Origin: Piromyces finnis finn
Lineage: Eukaryota > Fungi > Neocallimastigomycota
Length of the DNA: 64,000 nt
Direction of reading: 5' to 3'
Assembly (NCBI GenBank): GCA_002104945.1
Contig: MCFH01000030.1
Span: 434,001-498,000, forward strand
The notes beneath the pieces are model-generated. The model worked only from the letters and a program-made list of their open reading frames with translations. It had not been told where the DNA came from and did no database searches. A program made the translations under genes and the position numbers. Shown piece by piece: positions 52,976 through 63,321 of the stretch. Position 1 is the first letter of the stretch; every line of letters begins with the position of its first letter.

Positions 52976-54568
52976 TTTAATAAAGATTATTCTTTATCCT
53001 TTTTGTTCTTTTACGTAGTATATTATTTTTAGTGTACTTTATATATATATATGTCTATAGTATCTGATTTATTTATTTTTTATTATCTATATGATTTTTT
53101 ATTTTTTTTTTTGTTGTTAAAAAAAAATAATGTATTATTATTATATTCTTTTTTATATTTCTTTTTTCTTTCTTTCTTTCTTTTCCTATTTGAATTAACA
53201 TAAAAGAACCCTTTGGTTAATCCTTCCTAATTAAAAAAAAAAAAAAGAATAAAAAATAAAAGCATAACATTGCCTTCTTTTTTTATTTATTTTTTTAAAG
53301 AGAGTTTTTATCCAATAAAATTAAAGTTACATTGTTTTTTATGTGTAAAGTGAATTCATAATTTTATTAATAAATAAAGTTTCTTGTACTACAAATTTAT
53401 ATTAAAGATAAATGATTTCAATAGATTAAAAATTATTAATAATTGATGTCATATTATTGTAACAATGTAACCATGATTATTTAAATTGATAAGAAATTTT
53501 ATTAAAGGATTTTATTTATAAATTTAATAGGAATTTCAATTCAAGGGATACAAAAAGAGAAAAAAAGAAAAATCTTGTTGGTTTCAAATTTTTATTATAA
53601 AAAAAATGATTGACCAATTTTGTACCACATGAAAAAAAAAGTTTTTTTTTTTAAATTAAAATTTCATTAAAAAAAATAGGTATTTTTTTTTATTCTTTTT
53701 AAAAAAACAAAAAGGTGTGAGAGAGAATAAGAAAGTGTGAATAAAATATTACTTTTTTCAAAAAAAATAATTATTTATTTATTTAAATTTTATTTTAAAA
53801 TATTCACATATATATATAAGGTATTATTATTCATTATATATAAAAAATATAATTTACACTCTTTTTAGCATATGAAAAAAAAATAAAGTTTTTGTCAACA
53901 ATATAAAAAATAAATTAATTTAATTTTTAATAAAAAAAAAAAAGAAAATCATTTTTTTAAAACTTTAATTTTATTTATTTTTGATGCTTTACTTTTTTTT
54001 ATCTAATTTTAAACTATAAAAAAAAGATGAAAAGGCAAAAAAAGTTTAATAGTAAAACGAAAGACCTAACACTTTAGCAATAAAAACAACCAATAATAAA
54101 AGGAAATAGTAAAACTTTTTATGTTATAATAAAAAAAGTCTTACCACAACAACAACAATAATAATCAAAGACATTACAACAATTAATAATAAAAGAAATG
54201 TTGTATTATAATAATTAATAGAATATTATAATAATAATAATAATAATAAATAAATAAATAAATAAATATTATTATTGATATTAATAATGTTAATAATGTT
54301 AGTATTATATAAGGTATTTATTGATTATTTGTTTTTGTCTTTAATAGTAATAATATTAGGTTTATTATTATGTTGTTGAATAAAGTAATAATTATTATTT
54401 ATTAATGTTTTTTTTTATAATTATAATTCATTAATTATAAATGAAAAGAAAGTAAATAATAAATAATAATGGGTAAAAGCGTGCGTTTACCCATTATTAT
54501 TTATTATTTTGTTAATATATTTAACTTTATTATTATTATTAATATAATAACAGTTCCTTTCATTATTC

Positions 54569-54697
<129 letters not shown>

Positions 54698-54854
54698 TGA
54701 ACATTTATGGACACATAATTTTATTTATCTATATCATATATTTATTACACACGTGACTATTTTATAAAAACATAAACATGTATTAAAAGTGTTGTAAACG
54801 TAATGTCTACGTGTTGTAGAGAAAGTTATTTTTTATTTATTTTATTTTATTTTT

Positions 54855-55431
54855 TGATATGAAATTAATATGTCTAGCTACATATTAGCCAATATTTAAA
54901 ATAATTTTTATTATTTAAAATATTCAATTTCATCTTTAAAAATTTATATATAATATTTCATAATAATAATATAATAATTGATATATATTATAATACATTA
55001 TTTATATATTAGTTATAGAATTCATGTACATATTTCATTATATTCTTAAATATTAATATTATATATTAGTATTAATTTTATTGTAATACTTATTTGTATT
55101 ACATTACCTTTCCTTATATAGTAATATTTCATATAAAATGTAAAATATATTATACTATATCCTATTTAATTATTATTCATATATTATGAATACATTACAT
55201 TATATAATTGATATTCAATTATATTATAGGAATTTTATAATATAAAAATATTCATGTAAAAATAATTAATAATTAGAAAAAGAGAAGAGCTTTAATAATT
55301 AATAAGAAAATATTATAAGTGAAATTATTAATAAGAGAGAAGTTAATAGTAATAAAATATTTTTCACCTAATATAATAAATTATAAATAAACTAATATTA
55401 AATTACTACAACATAAAAGAAACTTATATCA
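54855..55431 (+). repeat. 5' LTR
   Basis: tgatatgaaa...aaacttatatca. TGATAT/ATATCA terminal inverted repeat. No differences from the 3' LTR seen by eye. Confidence 0.96.
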
Positions 55432-55434
55432 AAT

Positions 55435-55451
55435 TGGTGCGAAGTGTGAGG
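55435..55451 (+). promoter_or_regulatory. Primer-binding site (TGGTGCGAAGTGTGAGG)
   Basis: Lies 3 nt after the 5' LTR, begins with TGG and is complementary to a tRNA-like 3' end CCTCACACTTCGCACCA. Confidence 0.85.
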
Positions 55452-55988
55452 TTGTAGAATAAAAGATATTAATATTAGTTTATTAAATCTATAATATAGG
55501 TGAATTTAATTATTTAGTTTGAGTGTTTTATTATTAAGTGGAAAATAAACGCGATATTATTGAATTGAATTAATTGTTATTTTTATTTTCTTTATTTTAC
55601 CTTTGTATTTTGTGAAATTTAGAGTATTTACTTTAGTCAAGTTATATTCTAATATCCACAAGAATATTATTATTAATACAATTTTATTATTTTTATATAA
55701 TTGAATAAGAGAAACTGGGGAAATCGGACCAGAATAAAAACGATTAATCTTTTATTCATATATGTTTATTAGTTGGTAGATTATTTATTTTATTTTTATT
55801 CAATAGTTTGAAAAGTTTTATGTTATATTACTATATAACATTATATTATATATAAAGAATTTTATATTTAAGAATTATTATTACATATTTTATAATATTT
55901 TTACTTATTTTATAATATCTGATTAAGCTTACTACCAACTATATTAGTTATAGTGAGTTTTATTTTAAAGAAATTTTCATATTATTTT

Positions 55989-56190
55989 AAGTGAATTAAA
56001 ATATTGTATTCTCTTACTTATTTTAATTCTAATTATTTTATAATTATCATTATCTAAGTGAATTAAAATATTGTATCTTCTTACTTATTTTAATTCTAAC
56101 TATTTTAATTATTTTATTTTATTTTATTTTATTTAAAGAGAATTAAAATATTGTATTATTTACATTATTTTAATCTTATAATTAAGAATT
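55989..56190 (+). repeat. About three imperfect tandem repeats in the retrotransposon 5' UTR
   Basis: The unit aagtgaattaaaatattgtatt.. starts at about 55989, 56056 and 56135. Confidence 0.75.
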
Positions 56191-56268
56191 ACATTTATTT
56201 TTATTTTATTTTTTTTTTATTTCATATAATATTACCATTTAATTATTTATTCTATTTTCAATTCAATA

Positions 56269-57198
56269 ATGGGTGAATTTAAAATTCCACTTCCAACAAT
56301 TGGAGGAACTAACCAAGATGTAGATACCTGGGTGGATCTTTTAGAAAATTGGTTAGCTATAGAAAAGGTAGCTAATGAAGATATCTACCGTTATATTTTG
56401 GCTAGTACGCGTGAAGAAGCTACCAAAGCGATTCTGGAACATAGGAGAAAAGTAAATAGAGACTTATCTCTTAATGAATGTAAAGTAATACTTATGAAGA
56501 AATATCATTCAAACAATGATAAAGCTGCCAAATTTAGGAAATTAAAAATGTTAAAAATTGAAGTTAATGAAAATGTATTAGAATTTGATAAAAAGTTTAT
56601 GAAGCTTTATGATGATCTGCCAGATGAATTCAAAGACAAGATTTCTGTGTATGACTATGAATTCGCTCTAGTTGCACAAGATGATGTTTATGAAAAGGTT
56701 GCATTCGCAGATCCAAAATCAATTGAAGATGCTATAGGGATTGCTGAAAGATATTATGAAATTCATAATGGTCCAAATCTTAGAGCTAATACTTCGTCTA
56801 TGAACTACCGTCGTACTAATAATAACAATTATAATAATTCGAATTATACTTATAGTAGGTCTAGATATTCGAATAATTACAATAATTACAATCCTCCACA
56901 TAATATTAAAGTAAATAATAATGTTAATAATAATAGTAATAATAATGGTAATAATGTTAATTATAGTAAAAGCTATAATAGTATGAATAATGGTGCTAGT
57001 ACACAATATTCTAATATATCAAATTCTAATAATAATACAAGATCAACTACTAGCATTAATAATCAAAATGATGAAATGAATGATTTGATTAACGGAATGC
57101 AGAACTTACACATAAAGACCTGTTATTTCTGCCATGAACCAGGTCATATTGCCAGATTTTGCCCACACATGAACTCTACATATTATACAAAAAACTAG
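56269..57198 (+). CDS. gag: Retrotransposon Gag
   Basis: Capsid-like N-terminal half and the CCHC zinc knuckle CYFCHEPGHIARFC. Confidence 0.92.
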   Translation: MGEFKIPLPTIGGTNQDVDTWVDLLENWLAIEKVANEDIYRYILASTREEATKAILEHRRKVNRDLSLNECKVILMKKYHSNNDKAAKFRKLKMLKIEVNENVLEFDKKFMKLYDDLPDEFKDKISVYDYEFALVAQDDVYEKVAFADPKSIEDAIGIAERYYEIHNGPNLRANTSSMNYRRTNNNNYNNSNYTYSRSRYSNNYNNYNPPHNIKVNNNVNNNSNNNGNNVNYSKSYNSMNNGASTQYSNISNSNNNTRSTTSINNQNDEMNDLINGMQNLHIKTCYFCHEPGHIARFCPHMNSTYYTKN

Positions 57199-60100
57199 GT
57201 TATGGAAGAGGGCAAACTTCCGTTAATCAAACTGCCAACACTAATAATAACTATTACTATAATAATAATAATACAATGAATCCCGATGTTACAGCAACTA
57301 CTTATTCACCTAATTATGAAGCTATTGTTGCTGCAGCTAAAAGACATCGAGATGAAAAATTAAAAGCTAAAAATCCATATTCCAGAATTCCTAATACAGA
57401 AAGAGAAAAGAATAATTTTAAAAATATTAATACTAATATTAACACTAATAATAACATTAATAATATGAATAAAACTAATTCAAATAATAATATAAATAAT
57501 AACAATTTTAATAATATGAATAGCAATATTACAAATGAAAATAATTTTAACAATAATATTAGTAATAATTTTGATGATATCTACAATAATAATTTTAATA
57601 CCAATAATAATACTAATAATTCTAGTAATAATTTTAACAATAATAATTTAAATAATAATGATAATAATAATATTAATAATAATATCAATATCAATAATAA
57701 AAATAATTATAGTAATATTAAGGATAACACTTCGGATAATAATAATAATGAAAAAGATATAAATAATAATATAAAATTGAATAATAATATTAATGATAAT
57801 TCAATTGATAAGAATAATAAAACCAAGAAAGTAAATTTTAAATTAGAAAATGAAGATAAATCAAAGAAAAATAAGACTACTAGTTTAAATACCGATATAG
57901 ATATGAAAGAAGCTAATAAGGTAAAGAAAACGCGTAAAAACACGCGTATAAATGAAGAATCCACTTTGGAAAATATATTACCTAGTGATAATTCTAATAG
58001 TATAAAAACAAAAACTTCAATCCAAATGCTAAAAGATTCAGAAGAATATAATATATGTACCGATTTATTAAATACTCCAGCTAATATTACTTTTGGACAA
58101 CTTTTAGGTGTTAGTAAAACGTCCAAAGCTGAATTAATTAAGGGATTAAAGAATTTAAAGTTGGATAATATTACTATTAGTACCACTGAAGTTGATGAAA
58201 ATAATAATAATTTGTATAAATTAAATAATAATTTCATTAATATCGATGGAAGAACCAAAGTAAACGATCATGATGTTGCAGTTGTTCATGGTACAATCAA
58301 TTCCCATTCAGCAGCTATATTTATTGATGCATGTAGTAATACAAATTTAATTACGCGCTCCTTTTTAGATAATAAAATTAAAGATTTTGAAATTGTAGGA
58401 CAAATTAGAGGAAGAATAAGACAAGCAATGGTTGATGATGTTGCTAGAGTATATGATCTAGTGAAACTTCATGTAAAAATAGGCAAAATTGAATTTGATT
58501 CTATATTTAGAATATCAGATAAAAACGATTCATTTTATGATGCTATTATTGGATTTAAAACACAAAATGAAAATCGCATTATGATTGATACAGTTGATAA
58601 AACATTAATTTTGAAATCTTCTGATAATAAATTTATTCCTATTGTTGATGTTGAAGATATTTCTATATTTCAATCCCAAGCTCTTTCTTGCTATTCCAAT
58701 GATGTAGAAGATATTTATTTTGATTATGAAGATATAACCGCTAGTACTATTTTAGCTGTAGTTGAAGAAAATAGACCTAACAAAATAGAAAATAATAATA
58801 ATAATAAAATGGATATTATTAATAATATAATTTCTAATATCAAAGTTGATAACGATGTTGATAAAAATTTATTTAGTTCTCTTCTTAAAAATTTTAATGA
58901 TGTTATTGCTGTATCTTCTGATGATTTGGAACCATCAAATTTGTTACCACACCACATTATTTTGGAGGATAATGTGCGCCCTATTAAACAAAAAGCTTAT
59001 AATATTTCACAAGTTCAATTATCAGGTTTAAAAGAAGAATTAGAAAAACTAATTAATAAAGGTCTAATTGAACCGTCTCATTCTCCGTGGGCTTCTCCAG
59101 TGGTTATGGTTAAGAAGAAAAATGGAAAATGGCGCCTTTGTATTGATTTTAGAAAATTAAATAATGTAACTGTTAAAGATGCATACGCCCTACCTAAAAT
59201 CAAAGAAATTTTTGACTCACTTAAAGATTCAAAAATCTTTTCAACAATCGATTTATTTAGTGGATATCATCAAATTCCTATGTTCAAAGAAGATATGGAT
59301 AAAACTTCTTTTACCACTAAATTTGGTAACTATTATTTTAAAGTTATGCCTTTTGGATTAACTAATGCTCCTGCCACTTTTCAGCGCGAAATGAATCGTA
59401 TCTTTTTCGATTTAATTAATGAATGTGTTCAAATATATTTAGATGATATTATTATTTATTCTCCTAGTTTTGAAAATCATATTAATGACTTAAGAAAAGT
59501 TTTTACTATTTTACGTAATAACAAATTAAAGTTAAATATTGAGAAATGTTCTTTTTGTCAACTTGAAATAGAGGCTTTAGGTCATCGGGTTACTATTGAT
59601 GGTTTACTTCCTTTGGAAAAGAAAGTCGCATCTATTAAAGAAATGAACCCACCACGAGATATTTCTGAACTACGTTCATTTTTAGGTATGACTAGTTATT
59701 ACAGAAATTTTATTGAAAATTATTCTGCTATTGCAGCTCCTCTTTGCAAACTATTAAAGAAAAAAATTAAATATGAATGGACAGAAATTCAAGAACAAAG
59801 TTTCAGAAATCTGATATATTGCCTAGTTAATGCACCAATTCTTTGTTTTCCTAAATTTGATGTTCCTTTTATAATTAGATCTGATGCTTGTGGATATGGA
59901 ATTGGTGGTGTTTTACTACAGTTATATGATGACAATATTGAGCATCCAGTTTATTTTGTTAGTAGAAGTATTAAGAAAACGGAAGAAAATTATACCACTA
60001 CTGAATTAGAAGGTACTGCTGCTTATTATTGTCTTTTACAATTTGAACCATATATTCTAGGGAATCCATTTCAAACCATTCTTTATACTGATCATGAACC

Positions 60101-61625
60101 TTTAGTTCCCATCATTAAGAAAGGAGAACCGAATACAAAGAAACATCAACGCTGGTGTGATAAATTTAGTCAATTAAAAGTTAATATTATTTATCAACCA
60201 GGAAAAGCTAATAAAATTGCTGATGCTTTATCCAGAATAACTTTGAAAGAGAATTTAATTGTTAACACTACTATTTCTGATGGTAATGACAATAATAATA
60301 AAGATGAGAATAATAGTAACATTAATAAGCTTATTGCTAATAATTTGGATAATTTGGAAATTAATAATAATAATAATAATAATGATAATAATAATAATAA
60401 TAATATCAATAATATCGATATTTCCAACAAAACCAATAGTTCCAATTTTACCGAGGAGGAGAACGAAAAATTTGTTTCCGATTTTATGAAAAAATTTTTA
60501 AATGATAAAATTGTCACTATTGACAATAAATTATATTTCAAGGATAATAATAATTTTAGGGAGATTATTGATGACCCTTACACTAAAATTAAAATAATTG
60601 CAAAAGAGCATAGAATTGGACATGAAGGAGTACAGAAAACTTATGAAAGAATCAAAAACAAATTTTATTGGAAAAATTTAATCATTGATGTAAAAAAATA
60701 TGTCTCCTTATGTAAAATATGTCAGTTAAATAAATCTGAGCCATTACCAAAGCCGACAGAAAAGTTTAGAACTCCTGTAGAAGCACCCTTTGTCAGACTT
60801 GGTCTTGATATTATAGGTCCATTAAGAGAAACCACACTTGGGAATAAATATATAATGGTATGTGTGGATTACTTTACAAAATGGGTGGAAGCAAAACCAG
60901 TTAGAACTACTACTTCTCAAGACGTAACTAATTTCTTAGTTGAAGTATTTAGTAGGCATGGAACTCCACAATTAATAATAACAGATAATGGTGTACAATT
61001 TGTTTCAGAGTACACAAAAATATTTGTAGATCTTTATGATGTATACATTCATTTCATTAGTACATACCATCCGGAATCTAATGGACTGGTGGAAAACAGA
61101 AACAGAGAAATTGGTAAGCAATTAAGAAATTTCTCTGATAACAATGAAAACTGGGATGTATTGTTACCAATTGCATTATGGGCTATTCGAACTTGTAAAT
61201 CTGTTTCTACTGGTTATTCAAGTTTTGAACTCTTGTATGGAAGATCAGAAAATATTCCAATTGATATAAATATAAGAAATTCAATATTAAGTATAGAAGA
61301 AAGATCAATAGAAGAATTATTAATGGAAAGATTTATAGACCACGCCAAATGGGTAAAACAAGCTGCCAGTAAAATGCTAGGGACGATAAATTATTGGAAA
61401 AGTAGAAGATTAGCTCAACAAAGTATGAACAATAAAAATAACTACAACATAGGGGATAAGGTAAAGATTAGGAACCAACAAAGAAACAAGTTAGAACCCT
61501 ATTTTATTGGTCCTTTTATTATTAGAGAAATATCTTGGAACACAGCTAAATTACAAGATGAACTGACGGGACAATATTTAGAAAGAAATGTCCATTTTAA
61601 AAATATATTACCATTCAGGGAGTAG
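57159..61625 (+). CDS. pol: Retrotransposon Pol (protease, reverse transcriptase, RNase H, integrase), probably expressed as a Gag-Pol fusion from about 57195
   Basis: PR: IFIDACS..DAIIG. RT: WASPVVMVKKK, MPFGL, YLDD. RH: SDAC..GIGGVL, ELE, TDH. IN: HRIGH..CKIC, LDIIGP, TDNG, ESNG.VE, GPF. No chromodomain seen. Confidence 0.95.
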   Translation: MPTHELYILYKKLGYGRGQTSVNQTANTNNNYYYNNNNTMNPDVTATTYSPNYEAIVAAAKRHRDEKLKAKNPYSRIPNTEREKNNFKNINTNINTNNNINNMNKTNSNNNINNNNFNNMNSNITNENNFNNNISNNFDDIYNNNFNTNNNTNNSSNNFNNNNLNNNDNNNINNNININNKNNYSNIKDNTSDNNNNEKDINNNIKLNNNINDNSIDKNNKTKKVNFKLENEDKSKKNKTTSLNTDIDMKEANKVKKTRKNTRINEESTLENILPSDNSNSIKTKTSIQMLKDSEEYNICTDLLNTPANITFGQLLGVSKTSKAELIKGLKNLKLDNITISTTEVDENNNNLYKLNNNFINIDGRTKVNDHDVAVVHGTINSHSAAIFIDACSNTNLITRSFLDNKIKDFEIVGQIRGRIRQAMVDDVARVYDLVKLHVKIGKIEFDSIFRISDKNDSFYDAIIGFKTQNENRIMIDTVDKTLILKSSDNKFIPIVDVEDISIFQSQALSCYSNDVEDIYFDYEDITASTILAVVEENRPNKIENNNNNKMDIINNIISNIKVDNDVDKNLFSSLLKNFNDVIAVSSDDLEPSNLLPHHIILEDNVRPIKQKAYNISQVQLSGLKEELEKLINKGLIEPSHSPWASPVVMVKKKNGKWRLCIDFRKLNNVTVKDAYALPKIKEIFDSLKDSKIFSTIDLFSGYHQIPMFKEDMDKTSFTTKFGNYYFKVMPFGLTNAPATFQREMNRIFFDLINECVQIYLDDIIIYSPSFENHINDLRKVFTILRNNKLKLNIEKCSFCQLEIEALGHRVTIDGLLPLEKKVASIKEMNPPRDISELRSFLGMTSYYRNFIENYSAIAAPLCKLLKKKIKYEWTEIQEQSFRNLIYCLVNAPILCFPKFDVPFIIRSDACGYGIGGVLLQLYDDNIEHPVYFVSRSIKKTEENYTTTELEGTAAYYCLLQFEPYILGNPFQTILYTDHEPLVPIIKKGEPNTKKHQRWCDKFSQLKVNIIYQPGKANKIADALSRITLKENLIVNTTISDGNDNNNKDENNSNINKLIANNLDNLEINNNNNNNDNNNNNNINNIDISNKTNSSNFTEEENEKFVSDFMKKFLNDKIVTIDNKLYFKDNNNFREIIDDPYTKIKIIAKEHRIGHEGVQKTYERIKNKFYWKNLIIDVKKYVSLCKICQLNKSEPLPKPTEKFRTPVEAPFVRLGLDIIGPLRETTLGNKYIMVCVDYFTKWVEAKPVRTTTSQDVTNFLVEVFSRHGTPQLIITDNGVQFVSEYTKIFVDLYDVYIHFISTYHPESNGLVENRNREIGKQLRNFSDNNENWDVLLPIALWAIRTCKSVSTGYSSFELLYGRSENIPIDINIRNSILSIEERSIEELLMERFIDHAKWVKQAASKMLGTINYWKSRRLAQQSMNNKNNYNIGDKVKIRNQQRNKLEPYFIGPFIIREISWNTAKLQDELTGQYLERNVHFKNILPFRE
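57189..57236 (+). promoter_or_regulatory. -1 ribosomal frameshift signal: A AAA AAC slippery site plus downstream stem/pseudoknot
   Basis: The heptamer at 57189-57195 lies immediately before the gag TAG, and pol is in the -1 frame. After a 6-nt spacer, ATGGAAG pairs with CTTCCGT. Confidence 0.8.
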
Positions 61626-61924
61626 AAATAAAATGAAATAAAATTATAAATGTATTAAAATATATATATACTAACTATATAAGTATATAATTATAATAAT
61701 AAGTAAGAGGAAGATTGATAACTTAGTAGATTAATAATTATATTAATTATTAATAATAATAGAAAGATATATACATATATATATAAACAAAACAAAACAA
61801 AAAAAAAAAAAATTTTAAATATAAAAATTTTTATAAAAATTTTTAATTTTTTTTTATATAATTATAAAAATATTTCAATATAAATTTTATTAAATTATTT
61901 CGCATATAATTATTTTAATTATAG

Positions 61925-61929
<5 letters not shown>

Positions 61930-61969
<40 letters not shown>

Positions 61970-62501
61970 TTCCGAGTGCATTTCTCCCATCGATCAGAGT
62001 TAGCTCCAATGGTGGTTCTTAGAGAAACGTTGGCTCATTCCTATTGCTAGGTGGTTGTGACCCTCCTGGTCTGTCATACTGTTTCTTCAGCTTCGACGCT
62101 CACTTAATCCATGTACATTAGATGCATGTCGTTGTACGATATTTCACAACTACAATGCTAAGCCTCTTATAGTCAATTTGATCACGTGTCAACCGCCCCC
62201 TAATGTTTACACTTAAATTGATTAAGGAATATTATGTGTTTTTGGCATAGCCTAAGTCACCACTTATTAAGTTCTAATTTGGAATGTACCATGTACACTA
62301 GACCCTCTCAGGCCGGCTAGACGAGTGTTATTATCATAGTAGTAAATTAGAAAGTTCATTTATACTTACCTGAATATCATAACCCAACCCATGGCAAACC
62401 CAGTGGGAAAATCCACAGGCACTGACATCTGCGGGGTCGAACCAGAAGCCTTATGTATGCTAAGGAAACGCCTTAACAACCAGGATAAAAACTGGAACGA
62501 C
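61930..62501 (-). mobile_element. tRNA-derived SINE-like retroposon nested antisense in the Gypsy 3' UTR
   Basis: 13-bp TSD aattatagcaaat (61917-61929 and 62502-62514). A poly(A) tail of about 37 nt on the minus strand. The 5' head has a TTAGCAT (Ala-AGC) anticodon-loop-like motif and a B box GGTTCGACCCC. GC is much higher than the surroundings. Confidence 0.85.
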
Positions 62502-62540
62502 AATTATAGCAAATAATTAATAATTATAGCTCAATTCTAG

Positions 62541-62552
62541 CAGGGAAGTTTC
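62541..62552 (+). promoter_or_regulatory. Putative polypurine tract
   Basis: cagggaag(tttc) lies immediately upstream of the 3' LTR; it is short and imperfect. Confidence 0.5.
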
Positions 62553-63129
62553 TGATATGAAATTAATATGTCTAGCTACATATTAGCCAATATTTAAAAT
62601 AATTTTTATTATTTAAAATATTCAATTTCATCTTTAAAAATTTATATATAATATTTCATAATAATAATATAATAATTGATATATATTATAATACATTATT
62701 TATATATTAGTTATAGAATTCATGTACATATTTCATTATATTCTTAAATATTAATATTATATATTAGTATTAATTTTATTGTAATACTTATTTGTATTAC
62801 ATTACCTTTCCTTATATAGTAATATTTCATATAAAATGTAAAATATATTATACTATATCCTATTTAATTATTATTCATATATTATGAATACATTACATTA
62901 TATAATTGATATTCAATTATATTATAGGAATTTTATAATATAAAAATATTCATGTAAAAATAATTAATAATTAGAAAAAGAGAAGAGCTTTAATAATTAA
63001 TAAGAAAATATTATAAGTGAAATTATTAATAAGAGAGAAGTTAATAGTAATAAAATATTTTTCACCTAATATAATAAATTATAAATAAACTAATATTAAA
63101 TTACTACAACATAAAAGAAACTTATATCA
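62553..63129 (+). repeat. 3' LTR
   Basis: 577 bp, matching 54855-55431. Confidence 0.96.
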
Positions 63130-63244
63130 TTTTTATGGTCACATGACCTTACATCTCATTATATAACTGTAATATTTACAATGTAACTTTTTCTCTTTGT
63201 TAACCTTATTAATAAAATTATTTATTAATTAAATTTATTTCACA

Positions 63245-63320
<76 letters not shown>
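63245..63320. repeat. (ATT)n microsatellite
   Basis: Pure ATT run. Confidence 0.92.

Positions 63321-63321
<1 letters not shown>

Larger units (their letters stand above)
54855..63129 (+). mobile_element. Full-length Ty3/Gypsy LTR retrotransposon
   Basis: Two 577-bp LTRs (TG..CA) and a TTTTT target-site duplication (54850-54854 and 63130-63134). PBS and purine tract present. Gag has a CCHC knuckle; the pol domain order is PR-RT-RH-IN. Confidence 0.97.

Noticed and set aside
61967-62420. Hammerhead or HDV-like ribozyme in the SINE body (CTGAAGA, CTGATCGA, GGGGGCG motifs)
   Set aside because: I could not assemble the required helices by eye. An Infernal/Rfam search would be needed.
62362-62500. 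U1 snRNA gene on the + strand
   Set aside because: Only the first 11 nt match. No U1 stem-loops or Sm site are evident, and the region is better explained as the antisense SINE.
62423-62501. Functional tRNA-Ala gene
   Set aside because: The acceptor and anticodon stems do not pair. It is the head of a poly(A)-tailed, TSD-flanked insertion.
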